From positions 126,046,001-126,110,000 of the forward strand of contig OZ024742.1 in the NCBI GenBank assembly GCA_964016885.1: a stretch of DNA of 64,000 nt. Reading direction: 5' to 3'. The position numbers were made by a program, and so were the translations under genes. Positions 25,754 to 39,720 of this stretch are shown in pieces. The first letter of the stretch is position 1; the number at the start of each line of letters is the position of its first letter. The stretch is from Eledone cirrhosa (lineage: Eukaryota). The notes under the pieces were generated by a model. It did no database searches, was not told the origin of the DNA, and was given only the letters and a program-made list of their open reading frames with translations.

Positions 25754-27004
25754 ACAGAAGCAGTAATTCAGTCACAGACCAGTCTTGATCAGATAACAAG
25801 GTAAATCAAACCATTGTGGTTTATTTATTTATTTGTTTGTTAGTTACTTTTTTTCTGTCTATTGAATTCTAAATTTAACAAAAAAAACAGTCATTACTTA
25901 CATAGAATCGGACGCTTTTGACAGGGTTCCATAAGAAACTGCAACATGAAGAAACAGAAATAAGTAGATTAGATTCAAAGTTGTGTGAACATAAATACAA
26001 TTATTTTGTGTTACAAAAGTTATATATGCTTGTTAGCTAGAACATTCCCATGTGACTCAATAATATTGTCAAGACATTATTAACAGCACCTACTAACATT
26101 TCAGTTCAGATTAGCTGAATCACTAAGTAATCACATGAAATGATTTCATCATATTCAGTGACTTAACATAAAATTTCAGTTATTATCCGTGAAGTCAGTA
26201 ACACATCTTGAGTACTCTCAGTCTGTGAATACCTGTTCAGCCTGTGCTAACAGGGAAAAGAACAGATGTTAAATGAAGATGATAAGACAAGTAGCCCCAC
26301 TTGAGTTCTGACATGGTCTGAGAAGGCAAGTCCACCCTTACGAGCAGGGAAATCATTAAATGATGACAATACCCTATCCCTATAACAACAACAACACTAC
26401 CAAAAGCACCAAACATCACCTCCAGCACGACCACTACTGCCAATAATACTCAGATAACCCACAGATTAAAAGTGAAGTGTCACCAAGGTTAACTTCGCCT
26501 TTTCATCCTTACAGAGTCGATAACATAAAGTACCAGTAATGCACTGGGATAATTGATGGCCTTGTGCCAAAAGTAGAAACAATTATATACACAAACTTGA
26601 CATTATCACTAAAGACTAGCTCCCAGTTGTATATGGGACATTATATACATGACATTATCACTAAGGATTAGCTCCCAGCTGTATATATATGTTCAATATG
26701 AAATAAGTATAATTGTATATATTCAATAAAGGACATTATCACAAAGGACTAAAAGCCTGTTGGACATTGGCATTTTTATACCAAGTGTGCATGCCATGGT
26801 AAAAACTGCCCAAACCACTGTCTCTGGTACATACCTGTGAAGTGATTGGTATTAGGATGAGAAACCATGTCAGAATGGAATGTATAAACAAGATCTGATC
26901 TGACCTATTTAATATCTGATAACCTGTCGAACTTAAGAAAACAGGTCTTTCAGAAAGCTATCTATCTAACATAAATAGGTTTGTGTCTCAGGCTATAACA
27001 TAAT

Positions 27005-27200
27005 ATAATTGTTTCTACTTTTGGCACAAGGCCAGCAATTATCCCAGTGCATTACTGGTACTTTATTTTATCTACCCTGTAAGGATGAAAGGCAAAGTTA
27101 ATCTCGCGGGATTTGAACTCACACCGTAAAGGGATATAACTCTATGCTGGAAAGCATGGCGTCCGACCCTCCACCGATACTGCCAATCCACCACCCTTCA
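27005..27200 (-). mobile_element. SINE family A copy (others at about 30170-30320, 30600-30705, 33021-33194, 37014-37205)
   Basis: Same A/B boxes and body. The 33021 copy has a 15-bp TSD attatctcatttatt. Confidence 0.85.
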
Positions 27201-27839
27201 TAACATCATATAATGACAATAACTTTGGGGCTTATTTCTTATTAGTAATATATACACACATATACATATATTCAACTTCACCTTTCAAGATCGTTGGGGT
27301 CTTGCAGAGTGGAGCAATGTACCACTTCCCTCCATCCAACCATGTGTGTGTGCCCATGCAATCAACATTTTGCTGTCTGCCATTTTATATACCTAAAACA
27401 AAACATTCCCCTCAAATACTGCCTGTGTAGTCAAATGACAGCTTCGAAATTTCACCAAGTTAGCTTCTCTGTATGTATATTACATCATCATATCACACGT
27501 CTATAATTGTGTATCTCCTGTTTTGTAAAGAACTTCTAAACAACACAGCCTATTGTAAGTGAACAAGAGAGCCTTTACATGGTCGCTCAGTTGCCTAGAA
27601 ATAGCAGTCAAATGTCTCTGAATTCAAATAAAATTATAGGATAATGTAGTCCTGACTACACAATGTCTGAAAATAATATAGGTTGGTCAAAAGTGAATAG
27701 CCTTCAATTATACTTCTTGATGAGGGATACGCTGAGATTAAACAACAGTTGATGCCAGTAAACAAGAGCATCTCTACAAATTCACTAAAGCTACAAGAAA
27801 TAGCAGCTAAATTTCTTTCAACAATCTTGAGGTCTTTTT

Positions 27840-29222
27840 CATCCACTTATTCCGGGGAGGGGCAGTGGGGCAGGGTCCACAAGCACGCTTTCTAGCAGGT
27901 CCTGTCAGAAGCAAATGTCTCCAATGGATCCGGCTGGATCTCCAAGCAAGATCAGCTGAGCTCATGGATGTTACCCAACCCCCGTTGCTCGGGGTCTACT
28001 TGGACTTGACAATCTCCCAACAACTCTTTGTCAGACACATAGCATTGACTTTACTGAGGAGGCTTAACAAGGAGACCCCTCTATGATTGAAGCAATCTCT
28101 TGTCTCTCTTTTTGAAAATTGGGATTATCACTCCCAATGGCCATTGCTTAGGTACCTTTCCAGAAATCAGACCACCCGGCACACATGAGTCAGCCAGAGA
28201 ATACCTTCACTATTTAAGGCTTTAACATCTCAGTCCATATTTCATCCTCTGCAGCGGCCATGCTACATTTGTGTTCTTTAATTTCTCCTATGACCTCAGC
28301 CTCCAAGAGATTTGTTATCACTTCCAGATGCACATCGTGTACATCAGAAGATGCTGTTATGACTGGGTTTAGAAGATCCACAAAGTATTCTCTCCATCTC
28401 ACAAGGATGTACCTCTCTGAAGAGGGGAGAACCCCCAGACATGCTCCTCATGTGTGAGGGAAGACTTCTTATTACTAAGTCAACATATGGTCTACCAGAA
28501 CCCTTTTTTTGTTCTTTTGAAGTCAGATTCCAGCATAACCTCAATGTCCTACCAGTTATTAATTTTGGACGCCTTTACTGTCTCTGCTGCAACTTTTTGT
28601 ACCTGCTGGTACCCCAAGTGCAAGCTTTGTAGGTGTCCCTCTTTGCTCGGATGGCATCTTTGAACCAACATTTAACAGCTGAAGCAGAAACTGCCGATAT
28701 AAAGTCTCCACTCCATTTCAATGTCCTCAATTTTCTCAGGGAGTTCTCTGAATATGGATGCAATAGTATCTGCATACCTGGTCCTGACTTCCTTATGCAC
28801 TAAAGCTTCCCAGTTTATCTTGCAGGTCGACCTGGACCTGCCAGTTTTGTGGGCTTCCTTGGTTTTAGGTAGTCTCAAGCTGCAGATAACTAGATGGTGA
28901 TCAGTTGACAACTCAGCCTCTCTCTTAGCACAAACATTCAGCACAGAATCGTAGACATAAGAGACAATAACAAAATAAATTATAGATATCTATCCCTGAT
29001 TCCCCTTATACCATGTATATATATGGATGTCTTTGTGCAAGAAGAAAGTGTTCATAATAGAGAGTCCATTACTAGAACAAAGTCTAATAAGGCCTCGCCA
29101 TTCATATTTCCTTCCAATCACTCCTTTCCATGTCAGATGGTCAGTGCCATCACGTGCATTGAAGTCTCCCATTAGGATATAGGATTCAGCCTTAACTACA
29201 TCTAACACTGCAGCCTGCAGCA
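27840..29222 (-). mobile_element. Internally deleted RTE LINE
   Basis: GDFNAR, LSIMNTFF, STDHHLV and RWREYFVDLLN motifs. Confidence 0.85.
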
Positions 29223-32200
29223 TTTAACAGCTAAAGCAGAAGATAATAAAAAAAAGAACACATTTGGCAATGTAGTCAGAGATATATTAAGCCTAAACCC
29301 TGGCTTGCTCACTGTTGAACGCCCTTAATCGTAGGGGTGCTAAACAATTAACTGGAATTTTTCTCCTTCTGTTAACTGCCATGATCAATAAATATGTTCT
29401 ACATTTCAACAGATCGTTCTAAATCGTTCAAGTGGACCTTGACTCAGGAGATCTTTGTTCAAAAGGACTCCCAAGTCTTACTATCTTTCTGGCTGTGGTA
29501 AAACAGTTTACTTTGGGCAAGAGACTTATTGCTACCACAGTTCTTTTTTCCCACTACTTCTATGTCTCTCCCTCCACTCTCTTTCATTGAAAGAAATAGG
29601 TCGTCAATGTCTATGTATTCATGTTTGTATATTTACATTTACTATCTATGTTCCATAACTTAACCAACAGTTTAACAAATTGAAATCAATAAAATAAATA
29701 CCAGGCTTGAAAAATCTCATAACCAAAGTCTAATGATTGAAACTAGTATAAGAATAAAAGAATGGTGCATGCGTGTGTGTATGTATGTTTATGTATGCAT
29801 GATGTGTATGCATTGTATGTATGGAACGTGTGTGTATGCCTGCATTATCCAATGTATCCTCACAAGACAATGTGAAGGGGAGGATGTAACGTTAGGTATA
29901 GCTGCTATTTCTAGCAGATCGAGGGGTCACGTTGGGCTATTCCAAAACTTAAAGAAGAGAGAAAAGAAAACTGCAACCTACTTTCCACAAGTTTCTGAAG
30001 TAGTCCCCAAAACAAACTGTTCATTAAGTACTGTATGTATAGTACTCCAGAGGGAGTCGTAAGGGGGCCGTTATCGCAAACGGCGTTTCTAAGGTATTTT
30101 TTTAACCAGGTTTTGAATAAAGCAGATTTCTTCCAAAAGATAGAGTTGAGAGAATGGAAGAAAGAGACGTAGAGGAAGAATCAACCCCAGTATCTGACTG
30201 ATACTTTTTTTTTATCGAGCCCGAATGGATGAAAGGCAAAGTTGACCTCGACGGGATTTAAACTCAGAGAGCAGACTCATACCGCAAAGCATTCTAACGA
30301 TTCTGCCATTTCGTCGCCTTTTCATTAAGTATTACTATTATATTTTCCTTGACAAAACTGAGGCATATGAAAGTAAACAAATGTGTGTATAGTTAAAGTG
30401 TCCGACTCACAATCGTGTATAGTGATGAGTTCGATTCCTGGCGGCGAGTTGTGTCCTTAAGCAAGACACTATATTCCACGTTGCTTCAAGTCTACACAGC
30501 TGGCAAAAATTAGCTGTTGCACTTGTATAAGTTCAAAGAGCCAGCCGCGTGTGCGTGCGTGCGTGCGTGTAATTACTTTTAATATATTATATTTCCTAAT
30601 CTCGCCGAGGTTGACTTTGCCTTTCATCCTTACGGAGTCGATAAAATAAAGTACCAGTAATGCACTGAGTTATTGTTGGCCTTGTGCCTAAGGTAGAGAC
30701 AATTATATTTCTTAACAATTCAATAAACAGAAGAAATAGCTGTTTGACCAGTACCACCCTTCTGCAAACAAACATTATCACGGAGGTTGTACTTTGGTAA
30801 TAAATGTAAGCAGCTCTCGTACTGTTGGGTGTATGTATTCAAAGCATTCGTAAGCTGCGGTCTTGTTCGAGGGCCGCAACCCCAACACTGCCGCGCCCTA
30901 GGCCTAGAGCACATCACCCTCCATCTCCCATGACTCCAGAGCCCTTGCTTTTACCTTCATTTTTCGTTGTTGTTGTTTTTTTATATCTGTAGTGTTGGTG
31001 TTATTTGAAATAGATTTATTTCGGATTTTTTTTTATTCGATTAAAAAATCGAGGAAAAAAATTACATATATATATAACCTTTAGAAATAACAAGTTTAGT
31101 TGTAATTGATTTGATGATAGGATTTGCTGGTCAGATTTCGAGGTCAAATTAATTACTGTATATACTTGAATATAAATCAAGGAATGTGGTTCGGATTATA
31201 TTCGGGGTCAATATTTTGACGATTTTCCCCCAACTTCAAATTCTACGCACTGTGCGTGATTATTTCATCTGGAGTGATTATTTCACAATGAAACACGGTT
31301 TTTCCACATTCACTACATTGCCGTTGGTGTTATTTATGTATTCGATCTAAGGAACTATTGCATGGTCGTTCGACATGCTAGAAACAGCAGTCATATATCT
31401 CTCGAATCAGTATCCTCGGATCTAAAAAAACACGCCACAACGACCAATGAAAGCTTCTATCTCTGTCAGTGGTACTTAACTTTTTTGGTCCACTCCCAAG
31501 CAAGACACTTAAAAAAATATGATGTCCCCATTCAATATAAAACAATATAAAAGGGGTTTAAAACATACATAAAAATATAGCAAAATAGCCGCACAAAATA
31601 TTCAAATTGCTCCCCTGTAGTACCGGTTCTCTGCGGTCGTTCGACTTGCTAGATAGATATAGCAGCCGAAGTTTCCTTAAATCATGCCTACCTGTCGTAC
31701 CTTGGAAAAGGAATCGACACATTCACTAATGTCGTCACAGATATACAATCTCTCAAAAGGTAAAAACGGGATTACTACCACTGGAATGCCTGCACGATCA
31801 GCAACGATAATAATTCAATATAGTCAGTTTTTTTGTATGGTGGGAGTTAAAAATACATCGGATTAAGAAAGAATCTCGATAAAATAAATACTGGGCTGAA
31901 ATAAGTCTTAGAATTGATGATCGGCGAAAAACCCTTTATGCCGCTGCCCCAGCATGACCAACTTTCATGAGTCGATAAAATGAAGTTACTAGTAATACAC
32001 TGGGTTCGATTTAATCGACTTTCCCCTCCCAAAATTGTTGGCCTTGTGCCTAATGTAGAAACGAATAACTAAAAGCAGTAAACGAACGGTTGTTGTTTAG
32101 TTCCGAAGTCAGCCTTGATTAAGTTGATGTATGATAAAAGCGTTCTAACCATGACAACCTAGTGTTATTTTTACATAATGTATCTAAATTGTCATTTTTT

Positions 32201-32329
32201 TTTCTTAATTAAGAGGAATGTGATTTGGGGGGGGGGGGAGAAGGGGGGGGGGTTAAGCAACCACATAGTGACTCCATCCCAAGCTGGCTCATAAATTAAA
32301 TGAGAGAGAGAGAAAAAAATAAGTCTTAC

Positions 32330-32396
32330 CGAAAGTCAAAACTCCCAAAAATAATACGGTGCAAAATATCTGCATGATTTTCCTACAGCGAAACAT
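32330..32396 (-). CDS. Probable first coding exon with signal peptide or TM anchor (MFRCRKIMQIFCTVLFLGVLTF+G)
   Basis: ATG, basic N-region and hydrophobic core, followed by a phase-1 consensus donor G|GTAAGA. Lies in CpG-retaining DNA near the start of a long CpG-depleted tract. Confidence 0.6.
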
Positions 32397-32744
32397 GAGA
32401 CTAACAAGGCAGTATCATGTCCTATTTGATTTATACGCTCGGGCAACAAAGTTTTAATATTACAAAGGGCGATAACTTTCTCAAACTAAACGAACCAATG
32501 AGTGTGTTTCTTCATGGTCGACCACCCCAGCTAAAAAAATAGCTGCGAAATTCATTTATGGTAGGAGGTATTGTTTATACATCCTCCATTCGTTATCGAA
32601 TAAACACACACATATATATATACACAAGCAGAGAATAAAACATTTATGACCGATGATCCGGGAATGCCAAAGGTGCGCCCTACCGTCTTTTCTTTTAAAT
32701 TTAGTCTAAAAGAGAGTATCTTAACCTTATACAGTATATATATC

Positions 32745-34050
32745 AACATCATCATGATCTTCGTTTAACGTCCATCTTCCACGCTAGCATGGATTAGACG
32801 GGAGTTGTCCCACTTGAGGCAAAGTTGGTCTGGTGACTGTGTCTCGCTCATATAGGACTATCTGGCAGGTTTTCTACGGCTGGATGCCCTTCCTAACACT
32901 AACCACATTTACAGTGTGGAACTGGGAACTTTTTACGTGTTACCAACACGACCACATTACAGCGTGGACTGTTTTTTGTCGTGACACCTACACGATCTCG
33001 ATCTCATTATCTCATTTATTGGCAGTATCGGTAGAGAGTCGGACGCCATGCTTTGTAGCATAGAGTTACGCCCTTTATGATCTGAGTTCAAATCCCGCCG
33101 AGGTTAACTTTGCCTTTCATCCTTACGGGGTCGATAAAATAAAGTACCAGTAATGCACTGGATAATTGCTGGCCTTGTGCCAAAAGTAGAAACAATTATC
33201 TCATTTATTTGGACTGGATGTTGTGGTACCAACTTTACAGAGAGAGGGTGGTGTTGGTGGGAGTGGAAGGATAGGGTAGGGGTAGTGGATTGGGGTGTAT
33301 ATTTGGTTAAGAGGTGCCTACTGACTGTAGGTTTCGCTTTGTACATAGGAAAGGCGGGTCTTCTGTATTACTGCGTAGCACCAAATATCTCGGTCCAGTG
33401 ACATTGTCTTAGAGAGGTGCAAGTGTGTAAGGTCAGAATTTATAAGATCGTCCCAGGTTTTTCTGGGTCTACCTACTCCGTAACTACCATCAATTTTGAT
33501 CGCTTGCACTTTTTTATACAGCTGTCGTCTTTCATGCGCATCACGTGGCCATACCAACGTAATGCCCATGTCTCACTGCCATGTAGCATTGCTGTTCGTA
33601 TACAGGCATCATACAATCTGCCTTTCATTTTTAGAGAGAAACCTTTTGTGGCCAACAGTGGTATAAGCTCTCCGAACTTTTTCCATCCCGTTCTGACTCT
33701 GGCTAACGTACTTTCAGAACACCCTCCACCACTGCTGATTTTGTCACCCAGTTAACGGAAAGTGTCTACTATTTCTATAGAACTATCTGGGCAATAGAAG
33801 GAGCTAGTATCCTGTGGACACTTGCTACTTATTGCACCCGAGCATCGGCCACATATAAAGTCTACGTTCTTAGATAGTTTACCTGTAATCCCACTACATC
33901 TTTTATGTACCCATAGTTTGCATTTGGGACATAAAATGGAATTTCTGCCTACTCCTTTCCTACACACTGAGCATGGCCATTTCCCAGAGGGCACCTGTGC
34001 CGTATTTTCCTTTCTACAAACTAGAACTTTAGTCTTAGACAAGTTAACTT
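32745..34050 (-). mobile_element. RTE LINE 3' part (Cys-rich finger and C-terminus) with a nested SINE
   Basis: SKTKVL..WPCSVCRKGVGRNSILC..WVHKRCSG, GSETW and RWYGHVMRM. Confidence 0.92.
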
Positions 34051-34053
34051 TGA

Positions 34054-34058
34054 TATGC

Positions 34059-34146
<88 letters not shown>
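34054..34146. repeat. (TG)n microsatellite
   Basis: Direct read. Confidence 0.95.
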
Positions 34147-34154
<8 letters not shown>

Positions 34155-34222
34155 AATAAATGAAGTAATTCCGTCGGAAAAGTCCAGGAAAAAAGAGTGC
34201 TCTATGTAGGTAACAGAGCTTA

Positions 34223-34378
34223 ATAGTTATGTAATAAACAACATAATTTTGCTTTCAATCATCAGAATAAAAAAAATCCAGGATTTTTTCATTCTGATGA
34301 TTGAAAGCAAATTTTTTTTGCTTTTAAGAAACCACTGGTAAATGAAATAATTGCCTTATGTTGTTTATTACATAACTA
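34223..34378. mobile_element. Palindromic MITE-like element
   Basis: TIR tagttatgtaataaacaacataa / ttatgttgtttattacataacta plus an internal palindrome centred near 34280. Confidence 0.6.
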
Positions 34379-34390
34379 TATATATATATA

Positions 34391-35543
34391 TCCATTTTAT
34401 GTCCTAAATGCAAAGTATGGGTGCATAAAAGATGTAGTGGGATCACAGGTAAGCTAACTAAGAACATAGATTTTACATGTGGCCGGTGTTCTGGTGCAAT
34501 AAGTAGCAGCAAGTGCCCACAAAATACTAGCTCTTTCAATTGCGCAGAGGGTTCTATAGAAATAGTGGACAGCTTCCGTTACCTGGGCGATAAAATCAGC
34601 GGTGGGGGAGGGTGCTCTGAAAGTACTGTAGCTAGAGTCAGAACTGGTTGGAAAAAGTTCAGAGAGCTTATACCACTATTAGCTGCTAAAGGGTTCTCCC
34701 TAAAAATGAAAGGCAGGTTGTACGATGCCTGCATACGAACAGCAATGCTGCATGGCAGTGAGACCTGGGCATTGTGTGCAGAGGATATACGCAGACTAGA
34801 GAGGAACGAAGCTTGCATGCTCCGCTGGATGTGTAACAGTAATATACGTGAACGGCAAAGCATAAACGAACTAAGGAAAAAATTAGAGATAAGAGGGATC
34901 AGATGTTGTTTACTCGAAAGAAGGCTACGTTGGTATGGACACGTGATGCGCATGAAAGTCGATAGCTGTATAACAAAGTGCAGGGCAATAAAGATAGACG
35001 GTAGTCACGGAATAGGCAGACCTAGAAAAACCTGGGACGAGCTGATAAACTCCGACATCACACACTTACACCTCTCCAAGACAATGTCACTGGACCGAGA
35101 CCTTTGGCGGTACTCAGTAACAGAGAAGACCCGCCTTACCTAAATATATAGTAAAACCTACTCCAGCCAGTAGGCATCTCTAACAAAATACACCCCGTCC
35201 CACCACCACCACCCCCACCCCATCCACACCACCCCGTTCTATGTAAAGTTATGTTGGTGCCGCGCCATCGAGGCCGAAACAAATGAGATCGTGTAGGTGT
35301 CACGACAAAAAAACACACAGTCCACGCTGTAATGTGGCCGTGTAGGCAACACGGTAAAAACCTCCCAGACCCACACTGTAAATGTGGTTGGTGTTAGAAA
35401 GGGCATCCAACTGTAGAAAACCTGCCAGACAGTCCTATGCGAGCAAGACAATCACTCTTGCCTCAAGTGGGACTACCCCCGTCCAAACCCATGCAAGCGT
35501 GGAACACGGACGTTAAACGTTGATGATGATGATGATGTTGATG
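34391..35543 (+). mobile_element. 5'-truncated RTE LINE with a ~110-bp flanking direct repeat
   Basis: Uninterrupted 240-aa ORF at 34421-35143, 3'UTR and (GAT)n tail; 34276-34390 recurs at about 35544-35658. Confidence 0.93.
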
Positions 35544-36149
35544 ATCCAGTATTTTTTCATTCTGATGATTGAAAGCAAAATTTTTTTGCTTTTAAGAAAC
35601 CACTGGTAAATGAAATAATTGCCTTATGTTGTTTATTACACAACTATATATATATATATATATATAAATTAATAAAAACAATGAAATAAAAACAAAGAAC
35701 AAGTTCCTTATATTAAAAAATTCATCATTTTACGATCGTTTCTAGGATGTATATGTGTGTTGGTATGTATATCATATAGATCTATGTAAAAATATTACAA
35801 ATTATCAGAGGAAATATACATACCTTCACATATACATGCTGTCTTCAGACGTACATGTGTTGTATATATATATATACAACACATGTACCTCAATACTCAT
35901 CTTTTTCCATTTCTCCGAGGGTTCTTAACCCCACTATCAGGCTAAATAATTTCTTTAATTTCTTTAGTCAAAATACGGCGATAGCCTACATTTATAGCCT
36001 ATATCTCCTTATAATATATAACCAGCAATTTCTCTGTCTGTCTGTCCGACAGTGGAAACACGTGCGCGCGTGCGAATGTTTTTTGTGCACGCGTAGAGAG
36101 AGAGACTACAAGAGGGGGATAGCGGGAGGGAGAGAGGGGGGAATTGAGG

Positions 36150-36465
36150 AGTGCTACAGAAACATATATACATTTCTGTGTGTGCGTAATATATATTTAC
36201 ACACACAGAAATATATATATATACACACAGAAATACATATACATTTCTGTGTGTGTAATATATATATATATACACACAGAAATATATATACATTTCTGTG
36301 TGTGTAATATATATATATATAGACACACACAGAAATATATATACATTTCTGTGTGTGTAATATATATATATATAGACACACACAGAAATATATATACATT
36401 TCTGTGTGTGTAATATATATATATATAGACACACACAGAAATATATATACATTTCTGTGTGTGTA

Positions 36466-36496
<31 letters not shown>

Positions 36497-36497
36497 G

Positions 36498-36531
<34 letters not shown>

Positions 36532-36780
36532 CGAAGGAAATGTGGTAAGGAACCAGGTGAACCATAACGCACCAAAGTACTCAATACTTGAGGTAGTAGA
36601 GTGGGTAATAGGAACCAGTAAGACCCCGACAGCTGAGCTCAAGCCGTTTCGACGGCTAATTCTGGATATATATATATTACACACACAGAAATGCATATAT
36701 ATTTCTGTGTGTATATATATATATATATTACACACACAGAAATGTATATATATATACACACAGAAATATATATACATCCC
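36150..36780. repeat. Compound palindromic microsatellite (acacacagaaa-(TA)n-catttctgtgtgt); also at 37320-37505
   Basis: Direct read. Accounts for the spurious YI/HT-rich ORFs. Confidence 0.9.
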
Positions 36781-37452
36781 TTAGCTACTGTACTGTATCT
36801 GTTGCTATATCTCTCTCTCTCCAGCTATCCCTCTCTTTTAGTCTGTTTCTCTCACTCTCACTCTTTCTCTTTGTAACACACTAACATTCCTCCCCTCTAT
36901 CGCTGTGACGAATGGGGAGATGGAGGAGGAGGAGGAGGAGGAGAGTCACTTCGTCACTTCACCTCTGCTTTTCTTTCTCTCCCCTCTCACTCCCTCATTA
37001 CGTACAGACATTAGGGCGGTGGATTGGCAGAATCTGTAGAGAGTTGGACACCATGCTTCATAGCATGGAGTTACGTCCCTTTACGGCCTGAGTTCAAATA
37101 CCGCCGAGGTTAACTTTGCCTTTCATCCTCACGGGGTTGATAAAATAAAGTACCAGTAATGTACTGGTAATTGCTGGCCTTGTGCCAAAAGTAGAAACAA
37201 TTATTAGAAACATTGCTTCATTTTTACATATCTAAGCATTAGTAAAATAACTAATAATTTCAAAAGTAATTTTTCAATTCCAATTGTTATGAACAGCAAA
37301 ACATTAATAATAATTTTGTTCTAAGAAATATATATACATTTCTGTGTGTGTAATATATATATATATACACACACAGAAATATATATATATACACACAGAA
37401 ATATATATACATTTCTGTGTGTGTAATATATATATATACATTTCTGTGTGTG

Positions 37453-37497
<45 letters not shown>

Positions 37498-37936
37498 GAA
37501 ATATATGGGCATTTCTCTGTTTGTCTGTCTGTCCTTCCCTAAAACTCAAATGTAGGTGCTATAGAAACATTACCTTCCCCTCTCCACTGACTTTGGTCAC
37601 TGAGGCCGAGGGAATCGGTGGTTGCTATAGAGACACCTTGCACAAGCCAGAAATAACCAGTTCGAGGCGGTTCTGACTTGACACCATGCCAAGGACCATT
37701 TGATGATATATTTCCATCGTTATATCATAACGTTTATGTATCATAACGTTTATATTTCCGTCACTAATCTCTTTTTCTCCTTTTTCGTTTTAACATATTT
37801 ATTTCAAAGATTTCACCGTATAGATAACATTTATATTTATACATGCATAAAAGACACACCGAGAGACGGTGAACATGTAGTGCCGAAAACATTTCTCATC
37901 CAAATCTCAACAATATCAGTATATACACTAGATTTG

Positions 37937-38420
37937 CTAGCAGAAAACCGCCCACCGGGTGGTTTTCTGCTAGTCTATATATATAAAACTGATTTTGTCT
38001 GTGTGTCCTCGTTTTTGCAAAGTCTATACAATTCCACATTTCTACTCTGATTGACTTCCAACTTGCATTTATATATTCCTTGCGGTCTAAAGATATTAAC
38101 TGCCGCTTTTTTTTTTTTCAATTTTCTGTTGTTAAAAGGGAGTTAGGCGCCGGTTATCTATCTCCGTCGCGCTCTTATAATACCTGTCTGTATGCCTGAT
38201 TGCCTGCATAATGTCATTCTGACGTATGATCTTCGCTACATTCACGCGCACACATACGCACATATATATATATACATATATACTTATATATACACATATA
38301 TATACACATATACAAATATACATATATATATATAAAGTAAGAATATTTTCGAAACAGCGAGTGGGTTTGAAATTATTAGAAATGTAAGCTATCGCCGTAT
38401 TTTGACGAAAGAAATTAAAG
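37937..38420 (+). mobile_element. Helitron-like piece: 3' end (hairpin, CTAG) fused to a 5' end (TCTATATATATAAAA)
   Basis: ...ggttttctgCTAG|TCtatatatataaaactgattttgtctgtg at 37973/37974. Right boundary uncertain. Confidence 0.55.
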
Positions 38421-38427
38421 AAATTAT

Positions 38428-39600
38428 TTAGCCTGATAGTGGGGTGAAGAACTCTCGGAGAAATGGAAAAAGATGACGTACTGTGCTACCATTTACACCA
38501 TACGTGGCTCGCGAGTTTCGTGGATGAACGTCTGTCCGGGTACTAAAGGTCGACTGATGGTTCAGGAAACGTTCCTTAAATCGGCCCTCCGCAATGCCCA
38601 CAGAGGATTTGACCTCCTGTGGTTGGTTTGGTCGGTTGGAAGTGACCACAGCCTCATAAATTACAGCTGGTGTGTTGCATTGCTGTTGAAGGGGGCAAGC
38701 TTCGGGCTTACGGCAAGAACACCTTGGTGGGTGTTGCTCCTAAGGCTGCTGGTGATGTGGGCCGTCATGTTCTTAGCGCAGGAGTATCCTAGTTTTACTT
38801 TGTGTCGGTTAAAGATGGAGCAGTATTTATGACCTATGGGAAAGTGTCTATCTAAGAGGGCTAGAAATTGTTTGCCTACATTGGTTTTAACGTTGAGTGA
38901 GAAGGGAGGAGAGAACCAGATAGTTTTTCTATTGTTGCGCTTTCTTTTCTTATTGCTGTTGTTGATAGTGGGAGAGTAAGTGATAGGTTGTGAGAAGCCG
39001 CTGTTAGCTAACACCGTGTTATAGTAGGGTGCCGCCCTGTCAAAGATAGCCTTATTAGAGGAGAGGTTTGAGATTCTAGTACTGATATTATTTACGAAGT
39101 TTCTAAAAACAGTGGGAGGGTGGCATGAGTCCTTGTGAATGTAATTGAGTTTTTCGTTTAGCTTATGGAAGGGTCTGTGGGTGTGTGTGCGAAGATCTAA
39201 ATTAATGTTTAAGAAATCTACGCTAGAGAGGTTGGTAGCTACTGTTATCCTAAGTCCTAACTCATTGAAGGTAGATGCTAAGTCTTTTTTAAACCGGTCG
39301 AGGTTGTGACCACTTTTATGGCTCGATAACGTCAGTCCATCGTCGCAGTATATTCCCGTGTGGAAGTCCGGGAATCTAACACGTAATATGTCTAAAATAA
39401 ATAGGCCAACCAAGTCACATACGTTAGCACTGTCAAACGATCCCATGGAGACGTCGAATAGGTCTGAAGTTGTAGACTTCTTTGCCCAGGCTACTCCGTC
39501 GTTGAAGAGGGTTTTCCGGCAGTGAGCGATGATTTGAGCTGAGGATCCGTTAAGGTGAAACAATTGTTCTCGGTATGGTGAACTAACTGTTGTGTAACCA
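38428..39600 (-). mobile_element. Penelope-like element, RT plus GIY-YIG remnant
   Basis: SMGSFDSA.VCDLVG, GIYCDDGL, YIHKDSCHPP, IWFSPPFS, and GIAEGRFKERFLNH after a frameshift. Confidence 0.9.
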
Positions 39601-39720
39601 CTTCTACCTAACTCGTCCCATGGACTGAGTGCTCTACCACTACGGATATTACCTTCCAGCGTTCTATCACTATATATATATGGCGGAAGTTATAGTTCAC
39701 TTGAAGCATTGTGTAATGAG

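Noticed and set aside
34293-34310. CTGATGA-TT-GAAA hammerhead-like core (also near 35562)
   Set aside because: No stem II and no compatible stem I or cleavage site; part of a MITE palindrome.
35855-37676. Many long ORFs
   Set aside because: Translations of microsatellite.
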